Positions 50,800-58,396 of a stretch of DNA of 64,000 bases are shown here, piece by piece. The position numbers were made by a program, and so were the translations under genes. Within the stretch, counting starts at the first letter, position 1. Every line of letters begins with the position of its first letter. Source of the stretch: an uncultured Candidatus Saccharibacteria bacterium (GTDB taxonomy: Bacteria; Patescibacteriota; Saccharimonadia; CAILAD01; BJGX01); the NCBI GenBank assembly GCA_964610335.1, contig CAZSVP010000001.1, positions 223,442 to 287,441 of the forward strand, in the 5' to 3' direction. Under the pieces are notes generated by a model. That model made no database searches and was not told the origin of the DNA. It saw nothing but the letters and a program-made list of their open reading frames with translations.

Positions 50800-51349
50800 T
50801 TGCAGTGATGTCGCAATGGTACTATACTGTCCATAAGCTTTTGTGAGCTTGGAAGTACAAAGTAGTGGAGCCTTCTTGGCTCAGTTGATCACGAAACGCA
50901 CTTCCGGGTGTTGTTCACAATCAAGCTTGCCTGCTGTGCCCCCGCGTCGAGCGGGGATAGATCCGAAGCAGTAGGTACCGCACCGCGACAACGTTGAAAG
51001 GGGGTATCCATGGTCGCCATCCGTGGATCCACCGCAGCCGTCGCTTCCATCACCGCAGCCAAGAAGAAGAGCTGCACCGGGAGCGCCCGTCCCTGATCCG
51101 CCCGACGACAACCAGGGGGAACCTCATGGTTCGTGACCGCGCATCGCCTGCGTGATCTGTAGGCTCCGGCCTGCAAACCGGCCGCTCCGGCGGTCCACAG
51201 GTGCACTGGGTGCCTCAAGGGGAAAATGGTAAGTAGGTGCTTGCACCGACGCCTCACCAGCCCGCAAGACCAGGCCCAATACCAGCCTGGCACATTCGAG
51301 CCGCACTCACAGCGGCATGTGCCGGCGAGCCCCAGGGTTCGCCGGCACA
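50800..51349 (+). other. Structured transcript with an embedded 28-aa ORF (51010-51096)
   Basis: TTGCAG-N17-TATACT promoter; SD GAAAGGGGG; terminal hairpin 51318-51349. Confidence 0.5.
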
Positions 51350-51390
51350 GCTCGTTATTATCGACAAATTGGTGTTTTTGCGCTATATTT

Positions 51391-51886
51391 CGGCTACGGC
51401 TCTTTTGCAACTGAAAGCGGTAGGGAAAGCAATCTGATGGGATCGAGCACCTATTAGAAACGCAATCCCAAACCACGATTTACTAGTGCCTGATCACTTA
51501 CTTCCCTACATAGTAAGTGATGATGCGCGGCATCGCGTCCGTGTGGGTAGCTTCATATGTTTGTTGAGGGGTCCGCCGCCGCCGGATCGCGCTCCAGGCC
51601 TCTATGTAGTGTAGCTAGTAAGTCGCAGTTGCAACTGCCAAGACCAGATCGAGTGTCGGTAGGGAGCTGCTATACCCTACAGAAGTGAGACGAGCGGACA
51701 CGTGATGTTGTCTGACTCAGAGCATCCCAAAGCTCGCAGTCTCACCGATCGACTGGCATGCCCTCCGTGTAGCCGGAGGCAGATGCATGTGGTTCTATTG
51801 GGCCTCACCACCGCTGCATCATGATACCAAGGCTCATAATCGTGCCCTTAGTGTCAAACCTCGCCACCCGTAGCCGTCGGGTGGCG
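51391..51886 (+). ncRNA. Candidate ~490-nt structured ncRNA (unassigned)
   Basis: TCGACA-N17-TATATT promoter, no long ORF, several hairpins, terminal hairpin 51862-51886. Confidence 0.5.
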
Positions 51887-51939
51887 TTGTCCGTTATTAT
51901 GTTGAAATGTTTTGACAGTAGTGGTAGTATAGGCACGAT

Positions 51940-52716
51940 ATGCAGATACTCGAATTAGCAGCCAAATTACAATCGATCGGATTGAGCGACAAACAGGCCA
52001 AGGTCTATGTAGCCGCTCTTTTTTTGGGCCCCAATTCAGCCCAGAAGATCTCCCAACAAGCCGATGTCAATCGCGCTACCACCTATGTAATACTCGAGGA
52101 ATTGATGGAGATGGGCTTAATTAGCCAAAGCTCAGTGGGTAAGAAGACTGTGTTTGTCGCCGAGGGCGCCGATGCCATCGATCGCCACATCGAGTCGGTC
52201 AAGAAAGAACTCGAGGCCCAACAACAAGAGCTCAAGACGATTGCCCCGGAACTTGAATCAATTGCCCGCAAAGATTCTGCTTCGGCTCCTCAAGTGTTTT
52301 TCTTCAAGGGCAAAGAGGGTATTGAACAGATCAACAGCTACTACTTCAAGAATAGTAAGCCCAAATCTACTAGCTATATATTCTCTGATCGAGACAAGGT
52401 TAAAGAAATTATTCCGCATGCTTTTGAGCAGCACAAAGCTAATCGCAAAGCCAAACAGATTGCGTCGCGTGGAATAGCATACGATTCTACAGGTGAGTTG
52501 GTCAACGTTAAGTCAGAGAAGAAAGAGCGCAAGCTAGTCGACATTCGTCCGGCCGCTGAGATCACTATGCAAGAAGACTTTGTGATGTTTGCCACTTACA
52601 ATACTCATGAGCATGTTAGTGTAGTACTGGAAAGTCCCGAGATTGCTGAGGCTTTGCGACAGATATTTGATCTTGCTTGGCAGGGTCTTCCAGCCACCAA
52701 GAAGTCAAAAAAATAA
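51940..52716 (+). CDS. TrmB-family transcriptional regulator
   Basis: GLSDKQAKVYVAAL...NRATTYVILEEL helix-turn-helix. Confidence 0.85.
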   Translation: MQILELAAKLQSIGLSDKQAKVYVAALFLGPNSAQKISQQADVNRATTYVILEELMEMGLISQSSVGKKTVFVAEGADAIDRHIESVKKELEAQQQELKTIAPELESIARKDSASAPQVFFFKGKEGIEQINSYYFKNSKPKSTSYIFSDRDKVKEIIPHAFEQHKANRKAKQIASRGIAYDSTGELVNVKSEKKERKLVDIRPAAEITMQEDFVMFATYNTHEHVSVVLESPEIAEALRQIFDLAWQGLPATKKSKK

Positions 52717-53156
52717 CACCTTGATTAGGTGTTATCTTTATAATAATTGCTCATACATCGATGTCTGCAGTAAATAGCAGCCCCAAAACATCGAGACCTC
52801 CGAGGCTCCAACGAATGTACGTCAGAGCAGTGAGGGTGTTTTTAGTATCCATCTGGGGATGGATTTGAGTCACTTGTTAGGTGATCTAATCACAGATGCA
52901 GTTAATCAGTCGTCAGCGCCCATGGTGGGCCCCTTTCGGTCTGAATAAACCAGCATAGTGACTGCGCTACTAGGTGGTAGCGTGCACTTGGCAGATCACG
53001 CAGCGGACAGGGACGGTGGTACTTCGGTTGTTGTGGTACATTTGAACGTCTCCCGGTGTCGGGTGGATGTGACTGTGACCAAAAGCATTGGCTTAAAGTC
53101 ACCTATATCATAACTCTTTGCATTATTTTGTCAATATTTATCGACATAAACGGAAG

Positions 53157-53185
53157 CGACCCTAGCCCAGTTAGGGCTAGGGTCG
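53157..53185 (-). terminator. Terminal hairpin of islet C
   Basis: Perfect 12-bp stem CGACCCTAGCCC-5nt-GGGCTAGGGTCG. Confidence 0.7.
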
Positions 53186-53263
53186 TGACCCCATGTACTC
53201 GCTTTTGGTAAAACGAGCTGCAAGAGACACATGGCTTCCTTGGACGGCTAGAGCTGATCAGGC

Positions 53264-53887
53264 TCAGTGCCCATTGCACCAGCCGTTGTTGCAGTTGCTG
53301 CACTTGCCACATCCGCTCTCGGAGTGTGAGCAACCGCTGGCCAGGATCTGGGCGACCTCGCGATTGGCGCCGTTGATGCCGGCCACCTGTAGCTCTGCTT
53401 CGTTGCTCACGCAGTTGAGTTCCGCAGAGGGTGCTGAACGTGAGCACTTGCCGTCGTTGCCACCACCACCTCGTGCGTCGCAGAAGGCGGTGGCCGTCCA
53501 CAACACGGGGTTGTAGCTGATGCCGTGCTTGTCCATGAAGGCAGTGGTGTCGCCGATGGTCATGCCGGAGCTGGGTTGCATTGGGTTGTCGGCTGGCTCG
53601 TGGTGGATGAACCGTCCGGCCACGCGCTGGCAGAAGCCGGCGTAGGCCTTGGTGTACAGGATGAAGGTGTGCCAACCGATGTCGACCGGCTTGCTTGGCG
53701 CGAAGTTCTGGTCGGGGTAGTCGGCGCACATCTTCAGGAACCCGAGGGCTCCATCGATGATCAGCTCAGCGGCTTCGCGGGTGACGCCTTCGTCGTCGAC
53801 CACGCGGTTGGCTAGCCGGTCGTAGAGGACCGGATGCACCAGCTCGCTGATAGGTGGGGTGGCCGTGATGGCCTCGTTGGTAAGCAT
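53264..53887 (-). CDS. Glycine-rich-domain-containing (GRDP)-like protein with Cys-rich tail (islet C)
   Basis: PSKPVDIGWHTFILYTKAYAGFC...FIHHEP motif; SD AGGAG. Confidence 0.7.
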   Translation of the reverse strand: MLTNEAITATPPISELVHPVLYDRLANRVVDDEGVTREAAELIIDGALGFLKMCADYPDQNFAPSKPVDIGWHTFILYTKAYAGFCQRVAGRFIHHEPADNPMQPSSGMTIGDTTAFMDKHGISYNPVLWTATAFCDARGGGGNDGKCSRSAPSAELNCVSNEAELQVAGINGANREVAQILASGCSHSESGCGKCSNCNNGWCNGH

Positions 53888-53980
53888 GATGCTCTCCTGG
53901 GGGTGTCTCTTGCTTGTGGGTGAACACACAAACTGTCATGTATCATCAACAGTATGTGATATGCGTATAATATAGTATCT

Positions 53981-54018
53981 TATACTATTTTGTCAATAAC
54001 TATTGACAAAATAGTATA
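53981..54018. promoter_or_regulatory. Palindromic back-to-back promoter pair
   Basis: Perfect 18-bp IR TATACTATTTTGTCAATA-ac-TATTGACAAAATAGTATA; each arm supplies a TTGACA. Confidence 0.75.
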
Positions 54019-54097
54019 CAACGCGTAACATACAGTTATCACTTTGGTAAATCCTTGGTGACCAGTCTCAACCTTTACATCGAAAAGAGGTAGCACA

Positions 54098-54190
54098 GTG
54101 CGAGACAGACCAGTCCTGGCAGAACCGCTGCCGTCTCCCACATCTCCACCGACAGATCCCGCAACCCCCGAAGATATTCCTTGGAAGTAG
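54098..54190 (+). CDS. 30-aa Pro-rich peptide (islet)
   Basis: SD GAGGT then GTG; MRDRPVLAEPLPSPTSPPTDPATPEDIPWK. Confidence 0.45.
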   Translation: MRDRPVLAEPLPSPTSPPTDPATPEDIPWK

Positions 54191-54231
54191 TATCCAAGAC
54201 ACTTCGGCCGACTACATAGAGAGGAGGGGAC

Positions 54232-54324
54232 ATGTCAGGAGGCGACAACGCCGATTCGGCGAACAGCACCGGCGGCAGCCAGAGCGGCAGCCAGCAGGGC
54301 AACGACACCGGTTGGGGCAAGTGA
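54232..54324 (+). CDS. 30-aa Gly/Ser-rich peptide (islet)
   Basis: SD AGGAGG; MSGGDNADSANSTGGSQSGSQQGNDTGWGK; hairpin with GAAA loop at 54340-54380. Confidence 0.55.
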   Translation: MSGGDNADSANSTGGSQSGSQQGNDTGWGK

Positions 54325-54471
54325 TCCCAGCCGACACCAGCTGCTTGTGCGAGCCCCCGAAAGGGGGCCGCACAGGTGGCGATTTTTATGTAAGTAGTTG
54401 TTGGAGCTTGTAAAACCTTGACAAAAGAGCTTATGTCGGGTATAATTGCGCATTAACTAAATTATTGAGCT

Positions 54472-55506
54472 ATGCAAAACGATCTTACCCCAAAACAACA
54501 AGCCGTTGAGCTGATGCGACAAGCCAACAACATCTTGCTTGTCACCGGCCAGCAACCCACCCACGACCAGTTCGCGGCAGTGATTGCTATGCAAACTGTG
54601 CTAACCCGCTTGGGTAAGCGTGTCGATATGGTAGTAAGCGATACTTTTCCTCGTAGTGCCGAGCTGTTTCACACTGGCAAGGTCAGCCGTGATATCAGCG
54701 GTATTCGTGATTTCATCATCAAGCTTCGCATGGACGACGTTGAGGTAGAAAAGCTCAAGTATCAGGTAGAGAATCAATCTCTAGATATCATCATCACCCC
54801 ACACAACGGCAACTTCAGCCCTGAAGACGCCACTTTTAGCTACGGTGCTTATCAGTTCGACCTAGTAATTGCTGTGGGCGTGCCACAGATCACCAAGCTC
54901 GACAAGATCTTGGCCGACAATCCAACTATCTTCGATGGCTTGCATTTGATCAATATCGACTACCACCGTATCAACGAAAACTACGGTAGTGTTAATCTGA
55001 TCGACCCTCAAGCCACAGCTGTATGTGAGATGCTGATTAGCTTGTTTGAAAGCCTAGATGCTGGCATGATCGACGAATATGTCGCTACAGCCATACTGAC
55101 AGGCATCATGAGCGCCACAGCCAACTTCACTGCTCCTCAAACTACTGCCAAGGCCATGACTATGGCTGCCCAGATGGTAGCTGCTGGTGCCAAACAACAA
55201 GAGGTGGTACGTGTACTCGGTGGTGGCCGCAACTCACAGAGCAATGATCGCTCTAATAACTCTGGTAGATCCGATAAGAAAGATGAGCCCAAACAGGATT
55301 TTAAACCTGTAGAAAAAGCTGCTGAAGATAAGATTGAGCAGCCAAAAGAAGCTCCAGAGCCTAAGCCCAAAGCAGAAGAGGCTAATCCTGTCGAGCCCAA
55401 ATCTGATGCAGAAGACAAAGCCGTAGACCAGGTTGAACAAAAGATTGATACGGACACTGGATTTGCAGGATCTACTCCTATTATTTCACCAAGTCCTCTC
55501 GGTTAG
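54472..55506 (+). CDS. DHH/NrnA-like protein, degenerate motifs
   Basis: INIDYH, ATAVCEM and GIMSATANF motifs. Confidence 0.75.
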   Translation: MQNDLTPKQQAVELMRQANNILLVTGQQPTHDQFAAVIAMQTVLTRLGKRVDMVVSDTFPRSAELFHTGKVSRDISGIRDFIIKLRMDDVEVEKLKYQVENQSLDIIITPHNGNFSPEDATFSYGAYQFDLVIAVGVPQITKLDKILADNPTIFDGLHLINIDYHRINENYGSVNLIDPQATAVCEMLISLFESLDAGMIDEYVATAILTGIMSATANFTAPQTTAKAMTMAAQMVAAGAKQQEVVRVLGGGRNSQSNDRSNNSGRSDKKDEPKQDFKPVEKAAEDKIEQPKEAPEPKPKAEEANPVEPKSDAEDKAVDQVEQKIDTDTGFAGSTPIISPSPLG

Positions 55507-55512
55507 ATACAC

Positions 55513-55541
55513 TTGACAATATAGTCAATATGTGGTAATAT
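55513..55541 (+). promoter_or_regulatory. sigma70 promoter of islet
   Basis: TTGACA-N17-TAATAT with TGn extension. Confidence 0.75.
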
Positions 55542-55610
55542 GCTAGCCAGCAAGATTTATCTTGCGGCTCTCTCAAGTACATCCACAACCCCTAGCCCCT
55601 AGGAGGGGAC

Positions 55611-55865
55611 ATGACACATCCGGATCAGATCCGAATCAACGAATGGTGGCTAGCCGAAGGGCTCGGCGCCAGCGCCGACATCGGCTTGGCCGCCACACCT
55701 CGTGGTTCCAACCATTCGATGATGGTGGCAGATCGTGAGCGGGGCATCAAGTCCACCGCGGCTGCCAAAGCCGAGCTCGTCGCCGACGGTCTCATCGACG
55801 AGGCCGGCCGGCTCACCACCAAGGCCAAGGAGATGGGTCTGCGCATGCCGGAGCGACACCGGTAG
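55611..55865 (+). CDS. Hypothetical protein, possible winged-helix C-terminus (islet)
   Basis: SD AGGAGG; ELVADGLID...RLTTKA pattern. Confidence 0.65.
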   Translation: MTHPDQIRINEWWLAEGLGASADIGLAATPRGSNHSMMVADRERGIKSTAAAKAELVADGLIDEAGRLTTKAKEMGLRMPERHR

Positions 55866-56073
55866 CAGAACACTTCTCAAGAGTACCTGCATGAGAGCCC
55901 TCCGACCCACCAAACCAAGTGGCTCGGAGCAGCTCCCAGACCAATCATATTGGTTGGCCTAGGAGCTGAACGAAGTTCAGCTATTGCTCCTTGCAATATA
56001 TTTGTGTTCGTCGATTTGTTTACAAACTGTAAGCAGTTTGACGGACACAAAACTACTGAAAGGAAAGACCGTC

Positions 56074-56640
56074 ATGCATACCGTTACATGGGTTGTAGTG
56101 GCGGTTTTTCCGCTCATCTTCTTGGCACTACAACTGGTGATTGGAGTTCGCTCCAAGACTCCACGTGCCGACGAGAAGTATCCAGCAGTACCGGCGGAAA
56201 TGATCCTGAGGATGTGTGCGCTGACATTCATGGTGCAATACATCACCTCAGGCAAGCCGTGGATAGGCGTGGAAATGCCTGCCGCGGTAGAACTCTTGGG
56301 TATCGGGGTGATCGTGGCAGGACTTATCTGGCTGATCCGTGCTCAGACGGTTCTGGGTCGTAACTGGGTGCCAGGTGTGGGGCTTCACAAGAAGCACCAA
56401 CTGGTGACAGACGGTCCATACCGAAGGGTGCGGCATCCGATCTACTCAGCGCTGGGGTTGTCCGTGATCGGGCTAGCCATAGCGTCAGGTGATCTGATGA
56501 TGTTGTTTGGTGGTGCCTGCCTCTTCGCGGCTCTTGCTGTCAGGATTCCTCACGAGGAAGCTCTGATGGCCAAGAAGTTCAAGAAGAAGTGGGATCGCTA
56601 CGCAGCAGCCACGCCGGCAGTGATTCCTCGGTGGAGGTGA
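56074..56640 (+). CDS. Isoprenylcysteine carboxyl methyltransferase (ICMT/PEMT)-family membrane protein (islet)
   Basis: LGRNW, LVTDGPYRRVRHPIY and EEALM motifs; hairpin at 56696-56737. Confidence 0.85.
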   Translation: MHTVTWVVVAVFPLIFLALQLVIGVRSKTPRADEKYPAVPAEMILRMCALTFMVQYITSGKPWIGVEMPAAVELLGIGVIVAGLIWLIRAQTVLGRNWVPGVGLHKKHQLVTDGPYRRVRHPIYSALGLSVIGLAIASGDLMMLFGGACLFAALAVRIPHEEALMAKKFKKKWDRYAAATPAVIPRWR

Positions 56641-56808
56641 GACAAGCAAGGAGCGCCGGGGACTGCATCCGCTATCCAGCGGAATGTGGTCCTCACAGCT
56701 CCCGAGTTTCGAACACACATTCGAGATTCAGGAGCTGGAGAAATTTCAGCAAGCATTTTTACAATCTAAATAATCAGCCCACCACAACCACGCCATCAGG
56801 AGGCAACT

Positions 56809-57222
56809 ATGGGTATCAACTATGCAGTGAGTGACCTGGGTGATGCAGACGGCCTGATCGACGGCCCGATCGATCAGCGCACCATCGACCTCGCCGAGGC
56901 GCTCAAGATGTTCGTCGAGATCACGAACGACATGGGTGCGAACCTCTTCGTCAACATCATCCACGTCGACGAGGCCAGGGTGATGGTCTACTACAACTAC
57001 TACCTCGGCACGTCCCCGTCGTCGAATCCCATGCAACTGCGCGTCATCAACCCCTTCGGCTTCTTCTACCAGTTCGAGAAGGACCCAGAGGACAACCTCG
57101 ACACGTTCGACAAGTTCGTGTTCGCGGTGTCGTGCATCGTCAAGGCGGTGCCGTGGATCTGCTCCCAGCAGGTGCTGCGGCGTGTCGTTGGCGGCGACAA
57201 GCTGGCCTACCAGCCGGCCTGA
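56809..57222 (+). CDS. Hypothetical protein (islet D)
   Basis: SD AGGAGG; nearly all codons end in G/C. Confidence 0.75.
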   Translation: MGINYAVSDLGDADGLIDGPIDQRTIDLAEALKMFVEITNDMGANLFVNIIHVDEARVMVYYNYYLGTSPSSNPMQLRVINPFGFFYQFEKDPEDNLDTFDKFVFAVSCIVKAVPWICSQQVLRRVVGGDKLAYQPA

Positions 57223-57299
57223 TCATCGTTGTGGTGGGAAAGTGGGGGTCCTTCGGGACCCCTACCACCACAGGCTGATTGTTTAGATATAATACATAT

Positions 57300-57947
57300 A
57301 TGAATATCCAAGAAGGAATTATTTTAATCAACAAACCGCGCGGGCGGAGTAGCTTTAGCATGGTGGCGCAGGTCCGCCGGCTTAGTGGTATCCGCAAGGT
57401 TGGTCATGCCGGCACACTAGATCCTGAAGCAGAAGGATTACTGATTGTGCTGGTAGGTAAAGAGTACACTAAGCAATCTGATAAGTTTCTCAAGCAAGAT
57501 AAAACCTACGAATTTGACCTGAAACTAGGTGAAACTAGTACTACTGGAGATATGGAAGGGAAGAAGAGTACTGTATCGAGCAATTCGCTGGCCAGCGAAC
57601 CCTCAAAAAAGGCCATTTTGGACGTATTGGAGTGTCTACAAGGCACGATTGAACAAACTCCGCCCATTTATAGTGCTATCAAGGTGGGTGGCCAGCGAGC
57701 CTACAAATTAGCCCAAAAGGGTGAAAAACCGGATCTCAAACCCCGAAAGATAACAATCAACAGTATTGAGCTCCTTTCGTATAAGTATCCAATTGTAAAG
57801 ATTCGAGCCGATGTGAGTAGCGGTACATATATAAGAAGCCTAGCCGAAACTATCGGTGAGCAGCTTGGCACTGGTGCTTATTGCACAACTATAGTGCGCA
57901 CGCGGATAGGTGAGTATCAATTGTCTGATGCTGTGGCACTTGATTAA
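57300..57947 (+). CDS. truB: tRNA pseudouridine(55) synthase
   Basis: KVGHAGTLDP, PPIYSAIKVGG and GTYIRSL motifs. Confidence 0.95.
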   Translation: MNIQEGIILINKPRGRSSFSMVAQVRRLSGIRKVGHAGTLDPEAEGLLIVLVGKEYTKQSDKFLKQDKTYEFDLKLGETSTTGDMEGKKSTVSSNSLASEPSKKAILDVLECLQGTIEQTPPIYSAIKVGGQRAYKLAQKGEKPDLKPRKITINSIELLSYKYPIVKIRADVSSGTYIRSLAETIGEQLGTGAYCTTIVRTRIGEYQLSDAVALD

Positions 57948-57977
57948 GTCAGCGCGATCTGTTAGAATGGAGTAACT

Positions 57978-58244
57978 ATGTTGAGTACTACTGCTAAGCA
58001 AAAGCTTATCAAATCCCACAGCACCCACGAAGAAGACACGGGTAGCGCTGAGGTACAGATTGCGCTGTTCACTGAGAAAATAAATCAGTTGACAGATCAT
58101 CTCAAACTTCACAAGGGTGACAATCACAGTCGCCGAGGTTTGCTTGCTATGGTAAGCAAACGCCGTCGCTTGCTGGACTATTTGAACAAGAAAAGCCCAG
58201 AGCGGTATCAGGCTGTGTTGAAGAAGCTCAAGCTACGTAGATAA
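57978..58244 (+). CDS. rpsO: 30S ribosomal protein S15
   Basis: [10 protein letters not shown] and DNHSRRGLL motifs. Confidence 0.97.
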   Translation: MLSTTAKQKLIKSHSTHEEDTGSAEVQIALFTEKINQLTDHLKLHKGDNHSRRGLLAMVSKRRRLLDYLNKKSPERYQAVLKKLKLRR

Positions 58245-58287
58245 TTTAGTATACTCATACTAGTATTGAAAACTGTATAACTAAGGT

Positions 58288-58379
58288 ACTCGATGTAGTT
58301 AGTAATAGAGTAAGCTGCTTAAAACTGTATAAGTTTTTGAGGTGCCCACTCTAGAACTAACATTATGAAAAAATCGAGT
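58288..58379 (+). promoter_or_regulatory. Long stem-loop in the pnp leader
   Basis: ACTCGAT...ATCGAGT closes nested stems (GTTAG/CTAAC, TAGAGT/ACTCTA). Confidence 0.55.
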
Positions 58380-58396
58380 CCAGACAAGGAGAACAA

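Noticed and set aside
51391-51886. tmRNA or RNase P identity for the ncRNA-like region
   Set aside because: No GGGG 5' end with a matching T-arm/CCA acceptor stem, and no GAGGAAAGUCC/P4 partner; the GGTTC...CACCA resemblance is too poor.
53103-53729. 208-aa Arg/His-rich ORF and similar shadow ORFs (50889-51476, N-terminal part of 45375-46010, 5' part of 31822-32538)
   Set aside because: Alternate-frame products of high-GC3 genes or of GC-rich structured RNA; no credible SD, and they cross promoters or terminators.
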